In this document: positions 7,224 to 15,798 of the stretch, in pieces | Numbering within the stretch: position 1 is the first letter of the stretch | Layout of the letters: each line of letters opens with the position of its first letter | Assembly: GCA_964443705.1 (NCBI GenBank) | Contig: CAYUDR010000002.1 | Location: 1-31,623 of the forward strand | DNA length: 31,623 bases | From: an uncultured Planctomycetia bacterium | GTDB taxonomy: Bacteria; Omnitrophota; Gorgyraeia; DAOVKU01 | Direction of reading: 5' to 3' | Made by a program: the position numbers and the translations under genes | Notes under the pieces: model-generated | The model's input: only the letters and a program-made list of their open reading frames with translations | Database searches by the model: none | Told to the model about the DNA's origin: nothing

Positions 7224-9599
7224 TTGATTTTGGCTAAGTACAGGACAAAATACGGTTATTTTACAGATGACGGCAAGGAATACGTTATAACCACCCCCCT
7301 TACTCCAATGCCATGGGTAAACGTGGTCTCAAACGGAGATTGGGGATTTGTTGTAACGCAGAATGGAAGCGGATACAGCTGGCTTAAGCATGCTTCCCTA
7401 AACCGCATAACCCGGTGGGAACAGGATTTAATCACTGATGAAATGGGCAAATATATTTACATCAGGGACAACGACGATGGTTCTTCCTGGTCGGCAACGT
7501 ATAAGCCGGTTTGCAGGAAACCTGCCGCTTACGAAGTAAGGCATGCGCAGGGTTATTCAACCATTTCTTCTTTAAATAAAGGTATCAGAAGCCGGATAAC
7601 TTATTTTTGCCCAAAAGGAGAAGCGGCAGAGATATGGCTCCTGTCTCTAAAGAATGAATCCGGAAGAAAAAGAAACTTATCTATTTTCAGTTATCTGGAA
7701 TGGTGTTTGGGTGCAGTGGGCTTGCCGCGTGAATTTCATAAGATTTTTTTAGAAACCTCTTTTGATAAAAATTTAAAGGCATTATTTGCCACTAACAGGT
7801 TGTGGACAATTCCCGATAAAAAAGGCGGCCATTGGAACAGAAGCTGGGATTATATGGCCTTTCACGGAGTAAATTCTAATCTGGCGTCCTTTGAAAGTGA
7901 TAGAGAAGCTTTTATAGGTATGGACAAAAGCATAGGTCAGCCCCAGGCCATAGAAAATGGCTTTTTGTCCAGAAAAACCGGGAAGTGGGGAAATTCTATT
8001 GCTTCTCTTATGTGTAAAGTTAATCTCTTGCCACAGGCAGAAAAGACACTTGTTTTTGTTACCGGTGCCGCAAAGGATAAAAAGACAGCAGCGAGGTTGA
8101 TAAAAAAATATAAGTCTGTTGCCGCTGCCAAAAAGGCTCTTGGTGATGTTAAAAAGATGTGGTCGGATTTACTTTCTACCACTACCGTTGAAACGCCGGA
8201 TGAAGGCTTTAACTTTCTTAATAATACATGGCTTAAATATCAATCCATATCAGCCAGGCAGTGGGGAAGGTGCGGTTATTCTCAGCCCGGTGCAGGCATA
8301 GGTTTCAGAGACCAACTGCAAGATTCACAGGTCTTCCTTTATATAGATCCCAAACTTACCCAAAGACAGATTATTCAAAACGCCGAGCATCAGTTTAAAA
8401 ATGGAACGGTATGCCAGTGGTGGCATCCTATAACCGAGGAAAGCGCACGCACTAAAATTACCGACAGCCCGCTGTGGTTAGTTTTTATAACTTTAAGTTA
8501 TTTTGACGAAACCGATGATTTTAAATTTTTAAAGAAGAAAATTAAATATGTTGATGGAAAACCGGGAACCCTTTTTGAGCACTGCAACCAAGCGATTGAG
8601 GCGTGCCTTAGAAAATTTAGCAGGAGAGGTCTTCCTTTAATCGGAGGTGGCGACTGGAACGACGGCTTAAATAATGTTGGTTTAAACTGGAAAGGCGAGT
8701 CTATCTGGTTGGCGCACTTTTTATATGGTATACTTAAACGATGGTCCATGGTTTGCACCCGGCTTAAAGATAAAAAACTTAGCCGGAGATACGAGTTAAA
8801 AGCAGAACTTCTTAAAATTAATATAAATAAATATGCCTGGGACGGCAGCTGGTATATCCGCGCTACCAGGGATGATGGAGGGGTTATTGGGTCGGTCAAG
8901 CGCAAAGAAGGAAAAATCTTCCTTAATGCCCAAACTTGGGCTATAATAAATAAGGTAGTTCCTGATGAGCGCTTACCAAAGATTCTTTCATCTATGAAAA
9001 AATTTCTCTATCATGAGTACGGCCCTGTTCTTTTTAACCCGGCTTATTCAGTTCCTGATAAGAAAATAGGTTATTTAACAAGATATGCGCCCGGGATGCG
9101 CGAAAACGGCGGACTTTATATGCATGCCGGCTGCTGGGCGGTTATGGCTGAATGTAGGCTAAAGAATAACCAGAGGGCATTTAATCTTCTAAAATCTATG
9201 TTTCCGGTCGATAGAGGTAAGAAGCCGGACCTTTACAAAGTTGAACCTTTTATTACACCCGGCAACGTGGATGGGCCTGACTCTGAAAATTATGGCAGGG
9301 GCGGTTATACGTGGTATACGGGTTCAGCTACCTGGTTAAATAGAGTTTGCTTAGAATGGATACTTGGAATAAGGCCAGTTAGAGAAGGGCTATTAGTTGA
9401 CCCCTGCATACCCAAAAAATGGAAGAAGTTCAAAGTTAACCGTTTGTTTAGGGGAACAACGTATATAATAGACGTAGAAAATAAAAACGGTGAAGGAGCG
9501 GGAGTTAAGAAAATTAAAATTGACGGTAAAGAATTTAACTCTAATATTATCCCCGCTTTTAAGGATAAAAAGATTCATAAGGTTAAAGTAGTTATTTGA
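7224..9599 (+). CDS. GH94 glycoside phosphorylase (cellobiose phosphorylase fold; motifs closest to the Cgs/NdvB C-terminal clade)
   Basis: YGYFTDDGKEYVIT, TPMPWVN, GFRDQLQD, GDWNDG (catalytic Asp motif), KGESIWL, IFLNAQTWA, RENGGLYMHA, YKVEP, GRGGYTWYTGSA. No signal peptide. TTG start with RBS AGGGGT. Confidence 0.92.
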   Translation: MILAKYRTKYGYFTDDGKEYVITTPLTPMPWVNVVSNGDWGFVVTQNGSGYSWLKHASLNRITRWEQDLITDEMGKYIYIRDNDDGSSWSATYKPVCRKPAAYEVRHAQGYSTISSLNKGIRSRITYFCPKGEAAEIWLLSLKNESGRKRNLSIFSYLEWCLGAVGLPREFHKIFLETSFDKNLKALFATNRLWTIPDKKGGHWNRSWDYMAFHGVNSNLASFESDREAFIGMDKSIGQPQAIENGFLSRKTGKWGNSIASLMCKVNLLPQAEKTLVFVTGAAKDKKTAARLIKKYKSVAAAKKALGDVKKMWSDLLSTTTVETPDEGFNFLNNTWLKYQSISARQWGRCGYSQPGAGIGFRDQLQDSQVFLYIDPKLTQRQIIQNAEHQFKNGTVCQWWHPITEESARTKITDSPLWLVFITLSYFDETDDFKFLKKKIKYVDGKPGTLFEHCNQAIEACLRKFSRRGLPLIGGGDWNDGLNNVGLNWKGESIWLAHFLYGILKRWSMVCTRLKDKKLSRRYELKAELLKININKYAWDGSWYIRATRDDGGVIGSVKRKEGKIFLNAQTWAIINKVVPDERLPKILSSMKKFLYHEYGPVLFNPAYSVPDKKIGYLTRYAPGMRENGGLYMHAGCWAVMAECRLKNNQRAFNLLKSMFPVDRGKKPDLYKVEPFITPGNVDGPDSENYGRGGYTWYTGSATWLNRVCLEWILGIRPVREGLLVDPCIPKKWKKFKVNRLFRGTTYIIDVENKNGEGAGVKKIKIDGKEFNSNIIPAFKDKKIHKVKVVI

Positions 9600-9623
9600 T
9601 CCGCCTTGAGGCGGATTAAATTC
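9599..9623. repeat. REP-like palindrome, family B
   Basis: ATCCGCCT-tg-AGGCGGAT plus tail TAAATTC, overlapping the GH94 stop codon. Confidence 0.75.
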
Positions 9624-9656
9624 TCCCCGCAGGGGATCATTTAAGAAGGAAGAAAA

Positions 9657-9983
9657 ATGGACTCTCTGAATAAAGAATATATAATTGCTAAGATAAGAAG
9701 ACAGCGGGCAGAAATCACTGAAGTTATCTGCGCTATTAAGGACGACAGGAGAATGCGCGGCATGGTTGAGATACTTAAAAAGAGATGTACTGAAACTTCA
9801 AAACTTCTCGAGGCACTGGGTGATAAAAGTTTTATTCCCCGCGGTATCGAGGACATAGATGTAGTCCCTGACCTTGAAAAGATTGGAAAAAAGACAGGGA
9901 AGGTAAAAGCCGCTATCAAGAAACTTGAAAAGTTGGAAAAAGAGAAGAAAAAGATAGAAAGAGACATAGCCAAGGAAAGATAG
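9657..9983 (+). CDS. Hypothetical coiled-coil protein
   Basis: 108 aa with a purine-rich RBS region, Lys/Glu-rich helical C-terminus and the same A-rich codon style as its neighbours. No family recognised. Confidence 0.65.
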   Translation: MDSLNKEYIIAKIRRQRAEITEVICAIKDDRRMRGMVEILKKRCTETSKLLEALGDKSFIPRGIEDIDVVPDLEKIGKKTGKVKAAIKKLEKLEKEKKKIERDIAKER

Positions 9984-10013
9984 CCCCACGCCAAAATCTT
10001 TAGTATAGGATGA

Positions 10014-10042
10014 GCCTCTTAAATACCTGCTATCTAAGAGGC
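10014..10042. terminator. Hairpin after the hypothetical gene
   Basis: GCCTCTTA-13 nt-TAAGAGGC; no strong U-tract on the + strand. Confidence 0.4.
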
Positions 10043-10087
10043 AAATTTATAAGCAAAAAAACCCTTCAAAAAAGCAAAATTTTTCTC

Positions 10088-10116
10088 TTGACAAATGAAT
10101 CATGAAATGGTATATT
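10088..10116 (+). promoter_or_regulatory. sigma70-type promoter
   Basis: TTGACA(10088-10093)-17-TATATT(10111-10116), with TGn. Confidence 0.85.
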
Positions 10117-10178
10117 TTTGTTTTAAAGGTAAAACAATTTATTTTAGATAAAATCTTTTACACAAGAAAGGGGATTGC

Positions 10179-10733
10179 ATGAGAACAAAAGCATTATTCA
10201 GTTTAGCTATTTTAAGCATAACTTCCTTGTTATTAGTTAATGCTGTTTATTCTCAAAATAGCAATGTGCTTATTAATCCTGGCTTTGAGGATGGAAGAGA
10301 TGAGTGGTACAACTGGAATTTTGGAGAAAACAGCGCAGAGATAATCTCCGAGTACACTTACAATGGAAACCACGCTGCCTGCCTCCATATATTTGGAGAA
10401 GGCCAGGGTTGTTTTGGCCAGATACTTCCTATCGATTCTGAGCAGACCATAGAGGCCAGTGTCTGGGTTATGAACCCAGCCTCGCAAGCATTAACAGGCA
10501 ACGCAGAGGCCTACTTGCGAATTGAATTCTGGGATGAGCAAGCTCCTTTGGAAAGAGGCCACGTAGAGAGCGTTCATCTTAATAAACCGGGCAAGTGGAT
10601 GAAGGTAGAAGTTTCAGCCACAGTCCCTTATGGCGCCAAAGAAGTGCGTGTACTTGGTTTTGTTAGAGGTAATAATAATTCTTCAAAAGGCAAAGTTTAT
10701 TTCGATGATTTCAAAGCAACTTTCAATAATTAA
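10179..10733 (+). CDS. Secreted CBM-like protein (NPGFE-type, CBM4/9/16-like) without a sorting signal
   Basis: Signal peptide; NVLINPGFEDG...W; ends VYFDDF with no PEP-CTERM tail; paralogous to the ORFs at 10757 and 1436. Confidence 0.75.
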   Translation: MRTKALFSLAILSITSLLLVNAVYSQNSNVLINPGFEDGRDEWYNWNFGENSAEIISEYTYNGNHAACLHIFGEGQGCFGQILPIDSEQTIEASVWVMNPASQALTGNAEAYLRIEFWDEQAPLERGHVESVHLNKPGKWMKVEVSATVPYGAKEVRVLGFVRGNNNSSKGKVYFDDFKATFNN

Positions 10734-10756
10734 ATTTTAAAAAGGAGGTGAAATAA

Positions 10757-11377
10757 ATGAAAATAACAATAGCTTTAGTATTGGGCTTATTGATGATATG
10801 TGCCACTACTACAGCGCAGGCAAATATTATACTCAACCCCGGATTTGAAACAGCGGATGGCGGCAGCGGCGCGCAAAATTGGTTTAATTGGTACGATTCG
10901 GATAATGGAGTTAGCCAGCAGAGAGTCACCGATGTTTTCCGTAATGGCGCGGCTAGTGCCAACACTAAATTTACAGCTACCACAGACTATACCATTGGTG
11001 GCTGGGGACAGGTTCTCACGGGGTGGACCGCGGGCCAAATGTTATACACAGATATGTGGGCAAAAGTGTCGGTGACAGGCGATGTGTATGCTCAAGTGAA
11101 ATTTGAGGCTGCTACACCCGGTGGAACTGAGGATTTCTGGGGACCTTCTACAGCAAATAATTCATGGACATCGTTGGCATATAACTTTACCATTCCCGGC
11201 GATACCACTGAATTAAAGATGTTAGGCGTGCATGTAGCTTCAGCCGGTACCAACAACGGTGATATCTACTTTGATGATGCCTATGCAGATTTAACTCCGG
11301 TTCCGGAACCATCAACCCTGCTTTTACTCACAAGCGGTTTAGCCGGTTTATTTACTATAGTTAGAAAAAAGCGCTAA
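10757..11377 (+). CDS. PEP-CTERM sorting-domain surface protein with CBM-like domain
   Basis: Signal peptide ending AQA; NIILNPGFE; IYFDDA; PVPEPSTLLLLTSGLAGLFTIVRKKR; RBS AAGGAGGTGA. Confidence 0.9.
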   Translation: MKITIALVLGLLMICATTTAQANIILNPGFETADGGSGAQNWFNWYDSDNGVSQQRVTDVFRNGAASANTKFTATTDYTIGGWGQVLTGWTAGQMLYTDMWAKVSVTGDVYAQVKFEAATPGGTEDFWGPSTANNSWTSLAYNFTIPGDTTELKMLGVHVASAGTNNGDIYFDDAYADLTPVPEPSTLLLLTSGLAGLFTIVRKKR

Positions 11378-11401
11378 GCGCTGATTAAGAAATAAAAAGA
11401 T

Positions 11402-11478
11402 AAAAACCAGAGGCCTTTTAATATAAAAATTCCTCTTCACCCCAAAAAGAAGATGAGTTTAAGGCCTCTGGTTTTTTA
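11402..11478. terminator. Long stem-loop or terminator (16-bp perfect stem, 43-nt loop)
   Basis: AAAAACCAGAGGCCTT (11402-11417) / AAGGCCTCTGGTTTTT (11461-11476). Confidence 0.7.
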
Positions 11479-11516
11479 TTGATATCTATCTTTTGAGTAA
11501 AAATTAGAGGCAAATG

Positions 11517-11525
11517 TGTTATAAT
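11517..11525 (+). promoter_or_regulatory. Extended -10 promoter
   Basis: TGtTATAAT; no convincing -35 at 17 nt. Confidence 0.55.
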
Positions 11526-11559
11526 ATACTAACTTAACCAAATAATGGGGGGCAAGACA

Positions 11560-13287
11560 GTGAATATTTATTTTAAAAGAAAGATTTTATTAATTAATCT
11601 ACTAGGTCTTATATTTTTTCTTGTGTCTATTTTGTTTTCGGGTTGCGCAAAGCGTGTTACTGTGCCCAGAGCTCTGCTTGAAGAAATCTGGGATGAAACC
11701 TCTCAATGGCAAGTGAGTAGTGACGGGAAAAGTATTATTGAAATACAATCTGTGCCAGTCAATGTCTTAAAGGGGCTGGAAATTAAATATACACTTAAAA
11801 GCGATCCTCATGGATGGGTATTAATCAGGAAAAAAATAGAGAGCATGCCTCCTGAGAATATCCCCATTATCTTTTTCATAAAAGCCGACTCATCTTCCGA
11901 TTTGGAAATTAAATTTGTCGATTCAGACGGCTCAATCTTTTTAAAAAAGATATCTATGGCGGGAAAGTATAAGGATTGGACGCAGGTTGTAGTTTATAAA
12001 GACAATCTTGAATATGGGTGGGGCGGAGATGCTGAATTTAACGGACTTGCGGAATTGGAATTGGCCATATCCGGAAAAGGCAGTGGGACAATATGGTTAG
12101 ATGAAATCGGTTTTGGAAATCCTGAATTAAGGCCTTCTTTTCTACCTGCCGGACCCTATCTCGACCCCAATAGAGAATTACGCGGAGTTGGGTTTAAACA
12201 GCGCCGGGCCGCAAAATTAATACCCGAAGACCCCCTTGTTCTTGAGTGGTTGAAACAGATGCAGGATAATTTTTCCCCGGAGCGTACCATACTACCTACT
12301 ACAGAAGACAACCAGGGCCACACGTTTAATAATTCTCTGGTGGCTATGGCCTTTATATTGGAAGGGGAAAAAGAGCGTGCTCAGCGTATTCTTGATTTTT
12401 ATGCTTCTGCCACTGTCAGAGAAAATCAAGACCCTACTCTGCAAAACTTCTTTTATAAAGGAGAGCCCAGAGGATTTTTCCAATCTGTAACAGTTAGGCC
12501 TGAAGGTAATATTCCGGCCTATCATAATCCCGGAAATAGTGATCGCTGGATAGGGGATATGGCGTGGCTGCTTATCGCCTATAAATATTATGAGAAGACA
12601 TATAATTCTGATAGATATAACAAAATAATAAATCTTTTAAAAAATTTACTGATTTCCTGGTATAAGGATGCAGATGGCGGTCCCGGTGGTTATATACAAC
12701 ACGGCTGGAGAAGAGGCGACAGTTATCTGCATGAAAATTATGGCCATCCCGAAGGCAATATCGATTGCTATGCCGCTTTTAAACTTTGCGGTGAAGAGGA
12801 ATATGCCAGGAAGATAAAGCTGTGGTTGGATAGAGTCCTTGGAGGAAAGAGCTTGCCATTAGATTTATATACATGGAGAGTTCTGGCTTATGGCAAGGAT
12901 TATGCCGACCTTTTAAATATTCCCGAATACGACCTTAGATATCGTAAGACCCTGAAGGTAAAAGGTAAAAAGGTCATGGGTTTTTATCATTCTCCGGATA
13001 TTAGCATAGACAATATCTGGCTTGATGGCACAGGTCATATTGCCTGCGCCTATGTCGTCCTGAGTGATCAACAAAGGGGTTATTTCTACGCCAATCAGCT
13101 GGATGCATTTTTAATTGACAGGAATATCAACGGAGTAAAGACACGAACTTTCCCTTATACAGCTAATACACAGGGCGGATTTGATGGATTTAATCAAGAT
13201 AAAGGTTTTATATCAGTTGCGGCCTGGTATATATTTGCCAAAAACGGCTTTAATCCTCTCGCGTTTGAAAGCAATTCTCCCGAGTAA
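11560..13287 (+). CDS. Lipoprotein: N-terminal CBM11/CIA30-like domain plus (alpha/alpha)6 glycosidase-like domain (paralog 3)
   Basis: Lipobox LFSGC; N-terminal module ends GTIWLDEIGF; motifs FNNSL, WIGDMAWLLIA, PEGNID, DNIWLDGT, FPYTA, AAWYIFA..GFNP. The GTG at 11560 follows a GGGGGG RBS; the ATG at 11545 is an alternative. Confidence 0.7.
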   Translation: MNIYFKRKILLINLLGLIFFLVSILFSGCAKRVTVPRALLEEIWDETSQWQVSSDGKSIIEIQSVPVNVLKGLEIKYTLKSDPHGWVLIRKKIESMPPENIPIIFFIKADSSSDLEIKFVDSDGSIFLKKISMAGKYKDWTQVVVYKDNLEYGWGGDAEFNGLAELELAISGKGSGTIWLDEIGFGNPELRPSFLPAGPYLDPNRELRGVGFKQRRAAKLIPEDPLVLEWLKQMQDNFSPERTILPTTEDNQGHTFNNSLVAMAFILEGEKERAQRILDFYASATVRENQDPTLQNFFYKGEPRGFFQSVTVRPEGNIPAYHNPGNSDRWIGDMAWLLIAYKYYEKTYNSDRYNKIINLLKNLLISWYKDADGGPGGYIQHGWRRGDSYLHENYGHPEGNIDCYAAFKLCGEEEYARKIKLWLDRVLGGKSLPLDLYTWRVLAYGKDYADLLNIPEYDLRYRKTLKVKGKKVMGFYHSPDISIDNIWLDGTGHIACAYVVLSDQQRGYFYANQLDAFLIDRNINGVKTRTFPYTANTQGGFDGFNQDKGFISVAAWYIFAKNGFNPLAFESNSPE

Positions 13288-13291
13288 AAAA

Positions 13292-13320
13292 TTGACAAAA
13301 GAAAATGTCAGTGTTATAGT
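13292..13320 (+). promoter_or_regulatory. sigma70-type promoter with palindrome over the -35
   Basis: TTGACA(13292-13297)-17-TATAGT(13315-13320), with TGn; TGACA-N8-TGTCA at 13293-13310. Confidence 0.8.
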
Positions 13321-13361
13321 TGAAAATGAAATAATTTGATATTAACTAAAAATATTTAACT

Positions 13362-14408
13362 ATGACAGTAACCATTAAAGATATTGCCAGAGAAGCGGGT
13401 GTTTCTCCTGCCGCTGTTTCAAAGGCCTTGAATAATCGAGGCGGCATAAGCCTTCCTTTGAAGCGCAAGATTGAGAAAATTGCCCACAGAAGAGGCTACG
13501 CTCCTTATATTAAAGCCAGGCAGACCGGCATGTATGCCCCCGTCTTAAGATATATTGCTGTAATCTATGCCTATGCCGGTGAACATTTAATAAAAGATAT
13601 TCAAAATGGGATTGATACCGTCTTGCGGGATTCGGGATTTTACGAATTAAGATACAGCGTGAATATATACAGCCAGTTATATGATGAAGAACGCAAAGAA
13701 ATCTTTATTGATAAAATCCTGCAGGATAAAAGTATAGCGGGCCTGATGTCTGTTTTTTTAAAACTTTCCGATTCCGTTATCGCTAAGCTACGCAAGCATG
13801 GTATACCTGTTGTATTACTCAATAATTACTCAGATTACGGCAAGTGTGTGTTTGTTGATAATGTCGAAGCTGGTTCCCAGGTCGCCAGGACCTTAATTAA
13901 ATTGGGCAGAAAAAAAATCGGCATTATTATGCCTGAGGAATCAAGCGAGACTATCTGGGAGCAAAGGCTTGCGGGGTTCAAGTTGGCTCTTAGTGAAGCC
14001 CATATTACCTATGATCCCTATTTACTGGTTTATGAGCATTCCTTTTCTTTAGAAGAAGCGGCCCAGGCCACAAAAACACTTTTAGAAAAAGAACCGGAAA
14101 TTGATGCCATTATTTATGGAAGTGATATCCAGGCCTACGGCGGCATGGAGGCGCTTCGGGAAATGGGCAAGAAGATTCCGGAAGATGTCGCTGTGATTGG
14201 CTTTGATAATATGACTTTTAGCCGAATAACGGATCCTCCTCTGTCAACTGTCAGGCAGCCGATGCTTGAAATGGGCAAGGAAGGCGCCCGCATGCTTCTT
14301 GAGGCCATAAAGAAAAAAGATTTTTCGCATCAGGCAATAAAATTAAAAAGTCAGTTAATCTTAAGGCAATCTACTCACAAAGACATTGCAAAAGAAAAAT
14401 TGTTATGA
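13362..14408 (+). CDS. LacI family transcriptional regulator (atypical hinge)
   Basis: HTH TIKDIAREAGVSPAAVSKALN; PEDVAVIGFDN and PPLSTVRQP; hinge YAPYIKARQT lacks the conserved Leu. Confidence 0.93.
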   Translation: MTVTIKDIAREAGVSPAAVSKALNNRGGISLPLKRKIEKIAHRRGYAPYIKARQTGMYAPVLRYIAVIYAYAGEHLIKDIQNGIDTVLRDSGFYELRYSVNIYSQLYDEERKEIFIDKILQDKSIAGLMSVFLKLSDSVIAKLRKHGIPVVLLNNYSDYGKCVFVDNVEAGSQVARTLIKLGRKKIGIIMPEESSETIWEQRLAGFKLALSEAHITYDPYLLVYEHSFSLEEAAQATKTLLEKEPEIDAIIYGSDIQAYGGMEALREMGKKIPEDVAVIGFDNMTFSRITDPPLSTVRQPMLEMGKEGARMLLEAIKKKDFSHQAIKLKSQLILRQSTHKDIAKEKLL

Positions 14409-14424
14409 GTTTACCCCCGAGGCA

Positions 14425-14445
14425 ATCCTGACGCCTAATCGGGAT
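14425..14445. repeat. Small REP-like hairpin after the LacI gene
   Basis: ATCCTGA-cgcctaa-TCGGGAT; single copy in the window. Confidence 0.35.
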
Positions 14446-14519
14446 AGATTGTGGGGATTTATTATTCGTTATAGGCGCAGAGGCATAAATTGGTCCTTAT
14501 TAAAGTGAGGTGAAAAACC

Positions 14520-15095
14520 GTGTTTAAGAATTTGATAATTTGTTTTTTGGTACTTCTGGCCTTTAGTTTTTTAGGTCCGGTGAGTTGGGCTACAATTTTA
14601 GTGGTTGATGATTTTGATAGCGGCTTGCCCGGCAATAATGTCGGCGGAGAAACCGGCGCCTGGAGTTGTAATCCGGAAGATTCCGAACAATTCTGCAAGA
14701 TGGAACTGATAGATGTCGAAAGAGTAGGGGATACAGGCTTTTGTTTAAAGCTAACCTATGATGTTGGTATTTCCCAGACAGCTTGCAACGGCTATTGGTC
14801 TTTGCTTAACGGGTTGGATGTCTTCGACTATGAATGCCTTTCGTTCCGGGTTAAAGGTGACAAAAATACCGGACACACAACTACCTTTTGGGTTGAGCTA
14901 AAAGATCCTGTTAACACTTCCAGAGTCCAGATAACAGGCATAACTGATGAGTGGCAGAAAATAAAAATATCACAGGAGAAATTTACCAATATCCACGATT
15001 GGGTCAATTTAACTGAACTTATGATTATCTTTGACCACACAGCCACTGCCAAAGAAGGCGTTATCTATATAGATAATATTGGTTTTGAACAGTAG
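14520..15095 (+). CDS. Secreted stand-alone CBM11/CIA30-like protein
   Basis: Signal peptide; VVDDFD...NNVGG...CLKLTYDV...LSFRVKGD...ITDEWQKIKI...KEGVIYIDNIGF; GTG start with RBS GAGGTGA. Confidence 0.78.
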   Translation: MFKNLIICFLVLLAFSFLGPVSWATILVVDDFDSGLPGNNVGGETGAWSCNPEDSEQFCKMELIDVERVGDTGFCLKLTYDVGISQTACNGYWSLLNGLDVFDYECLSFRVKGDKNTGHTTTFWVELKDPVNTSRVQITGITDEWQKIKISQEKFTNIHDWVNLTELMIIFDHTATAKEGVIYIDNIGFEQ

Positions 15096-15178
15096 TAATT
15101 TCGGCATCAGAAGGCAAAAAAGTGCCTGGCAGATAATATTTGTATTTTGATATTATTTTCTATGGAGGTGAATTTTAA

Positions 15179-15790
15179 ATGAGAAGACTCGGTTTTTTAC
15201 TTTTGTTTATAGCGCTTGCCTTTTTACTTTTAACGTCTTTGTTAAAAGCAGAGGATATTTTGATGGTTGATGATTTTAATGACCAGGAAAAACCCAACAA
15301 CTTAAAAGGCGACTATGGTTCATGGGAAACATTTCCCCAAGACGACACCCAGGGCTGCTTTGAATCGGTAGTTGGCAGCCAGCGAGGGCCGTGCCTGCAA
15401 CTCGATTACGATGTGGATTCGTCAAGTCAAGAAGAGGCCTATAACGGCTTCTGGACAAAGTTAATGTATGAGGATATTTCAAAGTATAAATATCTTATCT
15501 TCTGGGTGAGGGGTGATGCAGACAGAGGATTTACTACAGAATTTTATGTTGAGTTATGGAACAAGAAAAGAGAAAATATGAGATATAAAATTATAGGGCT
15601 CACAGATACCTGGCAGGAAATTAAACTTAATTTTGATGATTTCGAAACCCGTACCGAAAAACCTGTAGATTTAACAGAAATGGAAGAATTCGTTATTGTA
15701 TTTGACGATGAAACGGCCACGGTCAAAGAAGGAAGAATTTATATAGATGATATTTATTTTGGTGCAGCGCAAGACGCGATGCCATTATAA
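15179..15790 (+). CDS. Secreted stand-alone CBM11/CIA30-like protein (tandem paralog of 14520)
   Basis: Signal peptide; MVDDFN...NNLKG...CLQLDYDV...LIFWVRGD...LTDTWQEIKL...KEGRIYIDDIYF; RBS GGAGGTGA. Confidence 0.78.
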   Translation: MRRLGFLLLFIALAFLLLTSLLKAEDILMVDDFNDQEKPNNLKGDYGSWETFPQDDTQGCFESVVGSQRGPCLQLDYDVDSSSQEEAYNGFWTKLMYEDISKYKYLIFWVRGDADRGFTTEFYVELWNKKRENMRYKIIGLTDTWQEIKLNFDDFETRTEKPVDLTEMEEFVIVFDDETATVKEGRIYIDDIYFGAAQDAMPL

Positions 15791-15798
15791 GAGGAGGC

